Origin: a virus
Taxonomy: Duplodnaviria; Caudoviricetes
Virus record (IMG/VR): IMGVR_UViG_3300031414_000007
Coordinates: 64,001 to 128,000 of that record
Length of the DNA stretch: 64,000 nucleotides
Direction: 5' to 3' (one strand)
A program made the translations under genes and the position numbers. Below, in pieces: positions 8,591 through 17,895 of this stretch; the stretch's first letter is position 1, and the number at the start of each line of letters is the position of its first letter. The notes beneath the pieces are model-generated. The model ran no database searches, was not told the DNA's origin, and saw only the letters and a program-made list of their open reading frames with translations.

Positions 8591-9616
8591 TTATTCCTCC
8601 AAGACACCACTAATTTCCGCAAACATGTTCTTGTAGACCAAAGAACCATCCAGCTTGTCTAGGCGTTCAGGAAGAACGTATAGCTTAGGTGAAGTACGCA
8701 TGTTCACCCAAGTTTTCTCATTACGATCAAGTCCACCAAGTATCGGAACAATGACCATACTGAGGTTTCTATTCGCTCTAACAAAGCCAATGTCAATATG
8801 CTTCCTGTTAATGCTTATGAACAGCTTGTTGATTGCGTCCAAACCAACAGGCCTATTGAATTCCGTATCGCTAACTGTATTGACCAAGCTAATGAGAATA
8901 CCCCTGTCTCTGCTTTCTATATCAAACAAATCAGACTTCAAATCAGCAACGGTCGATGCGGAGAAGTAGGAGACGTCATGCCCATAGTCTTTGAGACAAG
9001 CACCAAGCGCACGGGCTGATTCAATATGTGCTATGTTGTCGTCTCGCAGAATGTAAACTGGAGCGTCGGCCTGATACGTTCTCTGAGTCATTAGGTTGAT
9101 AAGATCGCAAGAGGGCTTGCCAACAGCGGCCAAGCCCTTATTCGCAATGTAAAACTTGTCGCGGTACACATCGTACACGTTTGGTGGCATGTACTTCATG
9201 TAATCGTCGTCCAGACTAAGTATCATGCGAGGCTTAGTGAGCTGGACGACAAGTTGCATACTACGAAGCGATGCTCTATATTCCGTGTCAGACAGCACAC
9301 GACTTATCGGAAGATATTGCACAACTACGAATCGGTCATCAATGGAATCGACAACCGACCGTATTAACGTACTGCCTAGCGTTGGCCCAGCAGAGAATTG
9401 GGTAACGATCATTAAGCCATTTTCAACTAAGCCTTTCGACTCAGATAGCGTCATGCCGTTACCCGTCTGCTTTACCGCGCGCTCCCACGTTATTGAGGGT
9501 TCGTCTCGCTGATCGGCATGTACATTAACTGCGCCACCCCAGAGACAGGCTCCAAGAAGGTAAGCAGCAATACGTTGTCTGGATCGGCTTCTGCTGGATT
9601 GACCGTGTCCGGCCAT
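8591..9616 (-). CDS. Secreted protein, possibly periplasmic-binding-protein-like (341 aa)
   Basis: GAGGAG RBS 7 nt before the ATG; signal peptide RSRSRQR-IAAYLLGACLWGG-AVNVHA/D; KPRMILSLDDD resembles ABC substrate-binding proteins (from memory). Confidence 0.55.
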   Translation of the reverse strand: MAGHGQSSRSRSRQRIAAYLLGACLWGGAVNVHADQRDEPSITWERAVKQTGNGMTLSESKGLVENGLMIVTQFSAGPTLGSTLIRSVVDSIDDRFVVVQYLPISRVLSDTEYRASLRSMQLVVQLTKPRMILSLDDDYMKYMPPNVYDVYRDKFYIANKGLAAVGKPSCDLINLMTQRTYQADAPVYILRDDNIAHIESARALGACLKDYGHDVSYFSASTVADLKSDLFDIESRDRGILISLVNTVSDTEFNRPVGLDAINKLFISINRKHIDIGFVRANRNLSMVIVPILGGLDRNEKTWVNMRTSPKLYVLPERLDKLDGSLVYKNMFAEISGVLEE

Positions 9617-10314
9617 AGCACTTCTCCTCTCTCGTCAGTGACGTAAGGAATGCCGGAGCCCTTGCCCAATCCATGACGCAAAGCCCATACGGTGTCGGCA
9701 TTCTCCTGCACGAACACTAACCCTTTAACTGTTGCTTCATCTGTAGCCTGTTCCAGAATCTCAACACGCGCACTAAGAAGCTGAGTGTCAGACTGGATGG
9801 TACGAATCGCAGCAAGGTTAGAGTTAACGCGCTGGTTCATGTTGTTAAACATGGTGAAGAACGAGTTGTTCATCGAAGTGCGAACGCCGTCCGTATAGGA
9901 CTTAGGAATCAGTTCATCGTTGTCGTAGACGGTGACGCCTGAGCGCACGAGAACTTTACCGGTAAGACGTCCACCACTTGCGCTGATAATCTGAGGCGCA
10001 GGCAAATCAGCTTCGTCCCAGACTTGAACAGTGGTCATCACCGTATTGTAGTCAGTCTCTTCCTGCCACGTATTTTTGTATGGAGCAGTAGCAGTTTTGG
10101 ACTTACGGCGCATCACTTTTTTATAGTTAGCGCTCGTTCCGTCCGCGATGATCCAGAGACCGTTTAGTGGAAAGACGTGAGTAGTAGGCTCAGCAAACGC
10201 GAGAATAATCGTAACGTCTGCACCAACCTTATACACAATGTTGTTCGACGCTGACAGACCTTGCTGCTGGGCAAGACTAATCAACGTGTCCACGTAGTTA
10301 GTCAACTGACTCAT
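9490..10314 (-). CDS. Fibre-associated protein with coiled coil and C-terminal HN module (274 aa)
   Basis: GGAG RBS; central coiled coil; VWALRHGLG...FLEPVSGVAQL module. Confidence 0.7.
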   Translation of the reverse strand: MSQLTNYVDTLISLAQQQGLSASNNIVYKVGADVTIILAFAEPTTHVFPLNGLWIIADGTSANYKKVMRRKSKTATAPYKNTWQEETDYNTVMTTVQVWDEADLPAPQIISASGGRLTGKVLVRSGVTVYDNDELIPKSYTDGVRTSMNNSFFTMFNNMNQRVNSNLAAIRTIQSDTQLLSARVEILEQATDEATVKGLVFVQENADTVWALRHGLGKGSGIPYVTDERGEVLWPDTVNPAEADPDNVLLLTFLEPVSGVAQLMYMPISETNPQ

Positions 10315-10774
10315 CCGAGACTCCTAACGATTGAAGAATTGTAGAACTTACATCGGAGAAGGCTTTAGCGATCAGTTTGGCCGCAGCCTTATCGACGACG
10401 AGTGTGCTGATTTTCCCTTTGGTGTTACACACAATAGTTTGTGGTGCGTATTGTGCGAGAGCCAAAGCGAATAGCAGATGGTTGCCGAGATCACCAGTGA
10501 TACTTACCTCTACGTCAAGTTCAGGCACGTAGATGTTCTGATTGATTCCGGCAACAAACTGCGCCAGCGCAACAGGGTCGAAGACAGGAGGCGCTGTGTC
10601 GTAATCCTCAGCAAGATCAATTTGACCCGTCTCAGGATAGAAGCGAAAGGCCGCAGGGTCACTGATGATTCTGCCAAACAGTTCATCACTGACTTCAATG
10701 CAATCGTTGCCTGTCACCTCACGAACACGACCAACAATAGCGTTGGTCGTTAGGTTGATTCGAATTATCGGCAT
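10298..10774 (-). CDS. Hypothetical protein, possible fibre assembly chaperone (158 aa)
   Basis: Start moved to ATG 10774 (AGGTG RBS); lies directly downstream of a collagen fibre gene. Confidence 0.55.
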   Translation of the reverse strand: MPIIRINLTTNAIVGRVREVTGNDCIEVSDELFGRIISDPAAFRFYPETGQIDLAEDYDTAPPVFDPVALAQFVAGINQNIYVPELDVEVSITGDLGNHLLFALALAQYAPQTIVCNTKGKISTLVVDKAAAKLIAKAFSDVSSTILQSLGVSDESVD

Positions 10775-10775
10775 A

Positions 10776-11597
10776 TTAATCACCTACCGCAGTATACCAG
10801 AAGTCCCAACCAGCAGTGTTCGTGCCAGTAGACTTGATGGTGAAACCGCCTAACAAGGCGTTCTCATTCATCGCGCTCGTACCGTCCAGATTGTAGAGCT
10901 GGTAGGTCTTCGCTTGGTTGAGTGCAGCGTTCACGAAGGTAATCTGAATGCTGATACAACGGTTGATGAATGCCGTGTTAAACACAACGTGGATTGTATC
11001 AGTAGTTGACGCGTTCACGACTCGACCCATGTTCTGAGTAAAGCCAGTGTTCATATCGCGGTTACTACCAATCCATGCGTTCGGTATTACAGCGCCGGTC
11101 ACAGGGTTAAGAGCTTGTGCTGTACGATATTCGTCGATAGCAGCATCTCGACCAGGACTACCGGTAGGTCCTGTGGGTCCAGTAGGACCCACAGAGCCAG
11201 TATTACCAGTAGCGCCGACAGGCCCAGTGTTACCTGTCGGTCCATTACGACCCCGCGGACCACGAGGGCCCGGGCAGCCATCTTCACCGTCACGCCCATC
11301 ACGACCGTTAGCACCAGGAAGGCCACGCAGACCTTCTTTACCCTGTTTACCTTCGCGTCCTGACTTGAGCTGGTCGGCAGTAGGCAGTCCGATAACACTA
11401 GACTGACTACCATCTGGCCAAATGACTGTTAGAGTACCTGTAGTTGTGTCGAACTCCACACCCTGAGAGCCGGGAATCTTCGCAGCTTCTGTAGGGTCAA
11501 TAAACTCTACAGATGTGCTAGTCTTCTTACCTAACACTTTACCGATAGGGTAGGCACCGCCGTCGATAAGTGAAGGATTAATCTTTGTAAGAGACAT
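10776..11597 (-). CDS. Collagen-like fibre protein (273 aa)
   Basis: Gly-X-Y run (GREGKQGKEG...GPTGPTG) and a C-terminal gp53-like/H-type-lectin-like beta domain (IHVVFNTAFINRCISIQIT). Confidence 0.8.
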   Translation of the reverse strand: MSLTKINPSLIDGGAYPIGKVLGKKTSTSVEFIDPTEAAKIPGSQGVEFDTTTGTLTVIWPDGSQSSVIGLPTADQLKSGREGKQGKEGLRGLPGANGRDGRDGEDGCPGPRGPRGRNGPTGNTGPVGATGNTGSVGPTGPTGPTGSPGRDAAIDEYRTAQALNPVTGAVIPNAWIGSNRDMNTGFTQNMGRVVNASTTDTIHVVFNTAFINRCISIQITFVNAALNQAKTYQLYNLDGTSAMNENALLGGFTIKSTGTNTAGWDFWYTAVGD

Positions 11598-11608
11598 GGG
11601 CTAAACTC

Positions 11609-11812
11609 CTAACCAGTCAGTGTTGTCCAATCAGGTTGGCCCGCCTGTCCGGTTTCTGGATTCTTGACTTTCGTGTTATTGACTGTCATACGAATCCAAC
11701 GCACACTTCCGTCTGCATCTTGAAACCGAACCTTCGTTCCACCGTAAGCTAAATTAGCTACCCATCTGTCTCTGCTCGGGTCTTTGAATGCTAATCGTGC
11801 ATAAGCAGGCAT
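11609..11812 (-). CDS. Small fibre-associated protein (67 aa)
   Basis: Start moved to MPAYARL at 11812 (AGGAG RBS); resembles the N-terminus of the 669-aa protein. Confidence 0.65.
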   Translation of the reverse strand: MPAYARLAFKDPSRDRWVANLAYGGTKVRFQDADGSVRWIRMTVNNTKVKNPETGQAGQPDWTTLTG

Positions 11813-11822
11813 ATGAATCTCC

Positions 11823-14726
11823 TTAGTGCAGAATCTCGTCAGGTTCCCAGCACAGGATAGGTCTGCGCCATACTTGGAATACACCGATTGGCGCTGAACG
11901 TGCGTCATCAATGAATGGGTCGAAAGTACGACCGCCACTGTTGCCACTTTTCATCAACGTCCGCAAGTCCTCATACCAAGAAGCACGACCACCTGAGTCA
12001 GCCTCGAACAGTCCTTCCCAGACCATATCGAAAGCTCCATTCCATGCGTTGAAGTGGTGTGAGGAGTATGCACCGTCGCCAACAGTACACAGCACCATGT
12101 ATTGATAATCTTTGACGCAAGGAATCATATAGTTGTTTCCACGCGGCACAGTGGTGCTGTTATTGTTGAATATACATTCCCAACCGGTACGGTCAGCAGA
12201 ACCTGTAGTGAGATACAGAGGTCTACGAATAATCATCATGATACCGTTTTCACCGCCGTGATCTTTAGACGTCTCACAGTACGCATTGCAACGCAGCGAG
12301 CGGTCAACGGTGAACGTGGTAGAGTTCGAGAAGTCGCGGGTGTAGTAGTTCGATCCCCACTTCGGCAGATACTCTGCTGGTGGAACAAAGAAGTGTCGCT
12401 CCGCCAATTCAATGCCGCCGTAGCGGTCATACGCAAATACAATGTATTCGTGACCTGCTTCAATCTGAATGTTGTGACCCTGAGATCCAGGACCTGTCCA
12501 CTTCCAAACTACTTGCCAGTCATTCGAATCACGCGCAGGGATGCCTGTAATTAGATTGTACTTGCGCTCATAGATATGCCACACTTTACCTTCTTCCGTC
12601 GTTTGAATGTACAACGAGTTCGGGTCATTGATGTTACCGTTTTCAGTACCACAGTAAATCTTGTGTGACGCACCAGACGAGTTATAGATTGTGCCTGAGC
12701 CAATACCGCCAAACATGTCCCAGTTCATCATCAGGTGAGAGGTACACATTTCGTTCTGGCCACTACCATCGGAGGTTGTGATCAGATACTCATTCAAGTC
12801 TTTGAACGGGTACTTAACGTAGCGGTTGTTCGCACGATTGACGACATGTACCCAATCGTGAGACTGAACCAGAGGCTTCGGCGCGCATGGGTTTTCGACA
12901 GAGATAACGAACGTCTTTGTCTCATACATCGGCAGCTTCTTGAATCGGTTGTCACGGAACGTTGACGTGTATTTGGCGCCAAAGAATTTGCTCATGTCAG
13001 GCACGTCAAGAGTCTTACCGTAGCGAATGCGCATACCACGTCCGTTCTCAAGTGCAGCTTGGTTAATCTGCGTCTGAGGAGTGATAGCATTCGTGCCTGT
13101 CACATACGGCCAACCATTACCGTCGAAGTCAAACCCTACATCGAACGTAGCATTAGGGTCATTATCCTTTTCGCCCTTGAGCATCTCAACTATGGCGTTA
13201 CCTTCTCCGAGTCCAGGACTGCCGAAGCAGCAATAAGCAGCACGATAGTAGAAGTTCGGACCGTCAAAGATACGGCGTGAGGCACCGATGCGATACATAG
13301 CAGCTTCAAGGCCACTAGCTTTGCGGTTGTAAGACGCTTCATCGAACATCGTGATCAGCACCCAATAGGCACTGCTAATCGAGTTCAAGTATGCAGCCAT
13401 CTGACCGGCATTAACCAGACCACTTCCCTGGCCTTCACCACCATCACCATGCACATCAAACTGGCGACGCTCAACAACCTGCAATGACACTTTATCAATC
13501 TTGTAGACTGAATAGCTTCGCGCTTCTGCGTAGCGAGTACCGTTGATGATCGTATAGCCTGGGTTGGTCTGAGGCGTATAGTTGGAGCCTGAGCCGGGCA
13601 CACCGTAGCCTACAGCGTGGAAGAAGATACGACCACGATTGACGAGCGACTGATCGGTGTTGTTATACCACGAGATACTATGCGTCTTATTTGCAAGGCC
13701 AGCAGCCCAGTTATCAGGCTTGGACGGGAACGTGTACGCATCGAAGTTGGCTTCGTATCGCGTCCCTGGGTCTACGCAGCATACGTCACTAAAGAACGGA
13801 GGCGTATATGCCTGAGTGTCATCGTTAATATCGACAGTACCACACCAGAACGGAATCCATGTGCCTGGCTGCCCCGACATTGAAGTCTGACGAGCACCAC
13901 CTGTATCGGTGAAGCGATAGCCCTGAGCACTACGGAAACCCTGCGTAAGATGAAGCTGACCTACTTGGTTCCACGCAATATGATCACCGTACTGAGAGAC
14001 TTGACGGTTACGCGCGGTCTTGGTGGCAACAATGCTTGTGGTCTTCTGCGTACTAATGCCAATCTGAGAGAAGATGGCGTTAAAGTTAGCAGCACCTTCA
14101 CCAGGACCTTTTTGAAGCACAACAAACGAGATACCCTCTTTGATGGCATTAGCAATCGCGTTGCACATCTGCGCAGGCATCGTCTGAGAAGTCGCCGATA
14201 AACAGAAAATGGTGAGAGCAAACTGTTTAAAGTATTGCTTATCACCATTGTAGCCGAATGCACCGGCCTGTATTTCTGCGAGTGTGTGACTGTAGACGTT
14301 GTAACGCTCACGCTCAAGATAGCGAGCGAATTGGCCCCAGTTGTTATAGGCTTTCGTCTCAGTCACAGAAGCACCGTCGGACATGAGTAGAATATCGTAC
14401 CCATGAGTGAAGTTGCAGTTCATATCCATCATCAGGCGGATATGGCGCAGCGCACCAACAGCTTGGTTGAACTGAGTGTTGTTGAAGTTACCAATCCAGC
14501 CGTAACCCTCAACGATGTTAAACGAATATGGCGTAACGAAATCGCCGTTCATGAATGCACTACCGAAGCCACAGATGTAGCCTGATGCGTGTCCATCAAC
14601 TGCGATACTCGTTAGCGTTGAGAAATCTGGGCTCATGCCTGCGTCAGCGGAGCCAGGGTTATTCGAGGCTGACCCCGAATAACCGCTGGTGATTCCACGC
14701 AGATATAGACAGCTTTGTTTCAGCAT
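11823..14726 (-). CDS. Large tail/fibre protein with ILEI/PANDER-like domain (967 aa)
   Basis: Segment YSVYKID...RRQFDVHG...MAAYLNSI...VLITMFDEAS...MYRIGAS...YRAAYCCFGSPG matches the ILEI family pattern (about 13130-13520). Confidence 0.7.
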   Translation of the reverse strand: MLKQSCLYLRGITSGYSGSASNNPGSADAGMSPDFSTLTSIAVDGHASGYICGFGSAFMNGDFVTPYSFNIVEGYGWIGNFNNTQFNQAVGALRHIRLMMDMNCNFTHGYDILLMSDGASVTETKAYNNWGQFARYLERERYNVYSHTLAEIQAGAFGYNGDKQYFKQFALTIFCLSATSQTMPAQMCNAIANAIKEGISFVVLQKGPGEGAANFNAIFSQIGISTQKTTSIVATKTARNRQVSQYGDHIAWNQVGQLHLTQGFRSAQGYRFTDTGGARQTSMSGQPGTWIPFWCGTVDINDDTQAYTPPFFSDVCCVDPGTRYEANFDAYTFPSKPDNWAAGLANKTHSISWYNNTDQSLVNRGRIFFHAVGYGVPGSGSNYTPQTNPGYTIINGTRYAEARSYSVYKIDKVSLQVVERRQFDVHGDGGEGQGSGLVNAGQMAAYLNSISSAYWVLITMFDEASYNRKASGLEAAMYRIGASRRIFDGPNFYYRAAYCCFGSPGLGEGNAIVEMLKGEKDNDPNATFDVGFDFDGNGWPYVTGTNAITPQTQINQAALENGRGMRIRYGKTLDVPDMSKFFGAKYTSTFRDNRFKKLPMYETKTFVISVENPCAPKPLVQSHDWVHVVNRANNRYVKYPFKDLNEYLITTSDGSGQNEMCTSHLMMNWDMFGGIGSGTIYNSSGASHKIYCGTENGNINDPNSLYIQTTEEGKVWHIYERKYNLITGIPARDSNDWQVVWKWTGPGSQGHNIQIEAGHEYIVFAYDRYGGIELAERHFFVPPAEYLPKWGSNYYTRDFSNSTTFTVDRSLRCNAYCETSKDHGGENGIMMIIRRPLYLTTGSADRTGWECIFNNNSTTVPRGNNYMIPCVKDYQYMVLCTVGDGAYSSHHFNAWNGAFDMVWEGLFEADSGGRASWYEDLRTLMKSGNSGGRTFDPFIDDARSAPIGVFQVWRRPILCWEPDEILH

Positions 14727-14741
14727 ATCTTCTGCATCCTG

Positions 14742-16751
14742 TTATTGATATACGACCTCAACGTTGATACGAAGGTCGATGTACTGCTCGCCGCTTTCTG
14801 GCGTGTACACAGTCACGATGCCAATCCAACCGTTAGCCGCTGTTGGTACTTGCACAAGCTCAGTCTGATATACGGAACCAGTCCAAGTGTACGAAGTCTT
14901 AGCGCTTACGATTGTACGATCACCAATGCTAGTGCCCCACGGCTCATACTCAAGCGTACCCCACAAGTCGCCGTGTTTCGTTTCGTTCGTCTTCTGGAAG
15001 TAACCACCAGTTGCTGCAACACGAGGCGTAACGTCACGGCCGTAGCCAGAAGTAACGATACGAATACCATCGTCGGTGCAGATACGGAAGTTGAAGTTAA
15101 CGGTGTGGTCAACGTTACCGTAGTAGCGCAGAACACCTTTGCTCAACGTCCAACTGCTGGAAACATCATCAACGGACAGACAGCGATATGGAACAAGATA
15201 GTCAACCACGTCAAACTTAGGCGGTTGAATCGGGCAGTATACAAAGTAAGACCAATCACATCCGATAGGCGCTGTCGCTCTGACTGTTATGTTAGAGCGT
15301 AACGTGTGCTCTGGGTACTTCCAGAACTCAAGAGTACCTGTCTTACCTGCCGCTACATATTCAGTATCAAGCAGGTTCATGTCTTGGTCGAACACCTCAA
15401 ACTTGGTGTCAAAGGAGTTCGCTACGCAGACAACAAGGACAGCGCGTTGATCAGTTTGTGTTCCTAACGCAAAATTATCTTCTGTCGTTGGGTGGCCGGC
15501 AGAGTAGACGCTGTAACTTTCACAAGGGTGCATGTATTCACGCGCACCACGTTCACCAGGACAATACAGGCTGTAGAAGCAACTCGCAAGTGACGCAGCG
15601 TTACCGAAGTCTTTGCTGACTACGCGCACCATAATGTCACAGGCAACTCCCTGTGGGTCAAAGTAGAAGTACAGATAACCTTCACCCGTCTTCGCGTCAA
15701 GCGTTGTTGCGATACGACGCCCTGCCTGATACACCTCGATGAAGTCAAACGTTTCCCACGAGGTGTAGTCGAGATACATCCAGCCTGCTGTCCAGCCAAT
15801 GAAGTGATAGTATTCAAAGGCGTTAGCGTTCTGAATACGTTCAGCGATAGGCCAAACAGTAGCGTGACACGGAGCAGGGAAGATAGGGCTGCCGATGTAG
15901 TCAGGATGAATAACGTCAGGGAAGTTGATAACGTCATATGATGCCTGACTGTCGAGCGCTAACCCACCACGATCAGACGGTGCTGCAAGACGAGGCGGAT
16001 AGACTTCGAGACTCCAGCCATACCCCTGAGTTGTACGCACACGCACCATGATACGCATATCAGCAGCATCAGGGTCAAACTGAAATTTGATACGAGAGCG
16101 TCCAATCAGTTTACCACACGTTGAAGCAACACGCTCCCCCATGTGATACACGTCAACGCTTGCTCCAGCAGGCGCATACGAGGCAATCATCAGCTCAACG
16201 TAGCCCTCAATAGCAGGCATCGCGTATACTGTCTCAGTAATCGTTGCGCCACGTCCATGAACAGACGCATACGGCACGTTAGGGTTAGCATAGGTGCCTA
16301 GCCCTGCGCGAGAAGCAACACCAGAAGGGTCGTATGATTCGATGGTCTTGATGCCGGGTCGGTTAATAGATCGACCAGTAGGAGGAGCAAAAGAGTTGAC
16401 GAGACCGAAGCCAGTGCGACCAGCATCAGGTAAGTCGAACCCTGCAGGATAGCCTTTGAGTATATCGTATTTCTCACGACCTCCACTCCCTATCCCGTTA
16501 CCAGAACCCTTGGTTGTTGATGTAGGACCGCCTCCACACGCGCCCGTGTCAAGATTAGAGCACGGGTCATCGTATGTAGGGTCGAACGAGTCATCAATAA
16601 GATGCCAACGCTGACCCCATTGGTTACGCACACTAAACTTCTCTGGAGTTAAAGGCGTCCAGTCTCCCTCTCGTGTGCGTATGAACATGGGCGTGTCCAC
16701 ACAGTCATGCCAACCGTTATTCGCAGCGTTACGAACGCGAAAACGAGCCAT
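14742..16751 (-). CDS. Virion structural protein with three internal beta-sandwich repeats (669 aa)
   Basis: GGAG RBS; three ~90-110 aa repeats ending in I(M/T)VR...W/F..(L/V)Y(P/C)P. Confidence 0.7.
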   Translation of the reverse strand: MARFRVRNAANNGWHDCVDTPMFIRTREGDWTPLTPEKFSVRNQWGQRWHLIDDSFDPTYDDPCSNLDTGACGGGPTSTTKGSGNGIGSGGREKYDILKGYPAGFDLPDAGRTGFGLVNSFAPPTGRSINRPGIKTIESYDPSGVASRAGLGTYANPNVPYASVHGRGATITETVYAMPAIEGYVELMIASYAPAGASVDVYHMGERVASTCGKLIGRSRIKFQFDPDAADMRIMVRVRTTQGYGWSLEVYPPRLAAPSDRGGLALDSQASYDVINFPDVIHPDYIGSPIFPAPCHATVWPIAERIQNANAFEYYHFIGWTAGWMYLDYTSWETFDFIEVYQAGRRIATTLDAKTGEGYLYFYFDPQGVACDIMVRVVSKDFGNAASLASCFYSLYCPGERGAREYMHPCESYSVYSAGHPTTEDNFALGTQTDQRAVLVVCVANSFDTKFEVFDQDMNLLDTEYVAAGKTGTLEFWKYPEHTLRSNITVRATAPIGCDWSYFVYCPIQPPKFDVVDYLVPYRCLSVDDVSSSWTLSKGVLRYYGNVDHTVNFNFRICTDDGIRIVTSGYGRDVTPRVAATGGYFQKTNETKHGDLWGTLEYEPWGTSIGDRTIVSAKTSYTWTGSVYQTELVQVPTAANGWIGIVTVYTPESGEQYIDLRINVEVVYQ

Positions 16752-16760
16752 GATTTCTCC

Positions 16761-17252
16761 TTATGGACGTACCCAAATTGCGCCGGGTTCGATCTCTTGA
16801 TCCATTGACGGGTCGGTGTCTTGAATGAAGATTTGCAGTACACCAGGATTACCCGGAGCACCAGTAGGACCCGTAGGGCCTGTAGGACCAGCAGGGCCTC
16901 TGTTACCTACCCAGCCTTGCTTGCCTTGCAGACCATCATTACCACGAGGGCCAGGACAGCCGTCAGTACCACGACGACCATCGTTACCCATGAGACCGTC
17001 AATACCGTCACGACCAGATGGACCTACGCCACCAGCAGGACCGTAACCGATACTATGAATCGTAGGCAGCCCAGAAATTTGCAGCTTGCCAATATTGGGG
17101 ATGTTGATTGCTAACAGACCGGTAAGCTGATCAAAAGAACCGGTAAGCTGGCTGTCGTTTTCTGACGTATCAACGTTAATCCCACCTTGAGTCGCAACAA
17201 CAGGACCAGATGCGTTGGCCTTGATAAGCGATATATCAACCTTCTCTACCAT
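16761..17252 (-). CDS. Collagen-like fibre protein (163 aa)
   Basis: Gly-X-Y run including GCPG; C-terminal PGAIWVRP motif. Confidence 0.8.
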   Translation of the reverse strand: MVEKVDISLIKANASGPVVATQGGINVDTSENDSQLTGSFDQLTGLLAINIPNIGKLQISGLPTIHSIGYGPAGGVGPSGRDGIDGLMGNDGRRGTDGCPGPRGNDGLQGKQGWVGNRGPAGPTGPTGPTGAPGNPGVLQIFIQDTDPSMDQEIEPGAIWVRP

Positions 17253-17262
17253 AACAACTCCC

Positions 17263-17895
17263 TTATGGCCAAGTTATATTCTGATCTTTGGTCGGGTCTA
17301 CCCAGATGGTGCCAGCAGCAACGTTCCCTGGGTTCGTAGCACTTACGATGATAGACAGACGACCGGCAGGACCCGCAGGGCCAGTTGGTCCGGTAGGGCC
17401 TGTAGCACCTGTTGCGCCAGTAGGACCCGTACCGCCACGAGGGCCAGTAGGGCCTGTAGGACCCATTGGGCCAGTACGACCGTCAGGGCCAGTAGGGCCA
17501 ACAGGACCCGGTAGACCATCACGACCATCTGGTCCGGGAAGACCCTGCTCACCGTCAGGTCCGATATTACCGTCACAGCCTTGTTCGCCCGGACTACCAT
17601 CACGTCCATCACGACCATCTTTACCATCAGCGCCCGTTTCACCTCTGCCACCCTGTCGTCCTTCAGGTATATCAGCAGCGGTCGGGAACCCACCTACTTT
17701 AATCGACTGCCCGTTAGCGAACTTGAGAGTAAGAATACCAGAAGTCGCATCAAACGAGGAGTCAGCAGTTACCTCTGAGGGCACATCGGCATCGTTTGGG
17801 TCTATCGAAAGAACTCCAGACTGAGCGCGAATTGCAGCAGGCGTAGACGAAGAACCAGCCTGAATGAGACCGGTCTTAACTTTAATCAGACTCAT
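17263..17895 (-). CDS. Collagen-like fibre protein (210 aa)
   Basis: Long Gly-X-Y run including GCDG; C-terminal AGTIWVDP motif. Confidence 0.8.
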   Translation of the reverse strand: MSLIKVKTGLIQAGSSSTPAAIRAQSGVLSIDPNDADVPSEVTADSSFDATSGILTLKFANGQSIKVGGFPTAADIPEGRQGGRGETGADGKDGRDGRDGSPGEQGCDGNIGPDGEQGLPGPDGRDGLPGPVGPTGPDGRTGPMGPTGPTGPRGGTGPTGATGATGPTGPTGPAGPAGRLSIIVSATNPGNVAAGTIWVDPTKDQNITWP

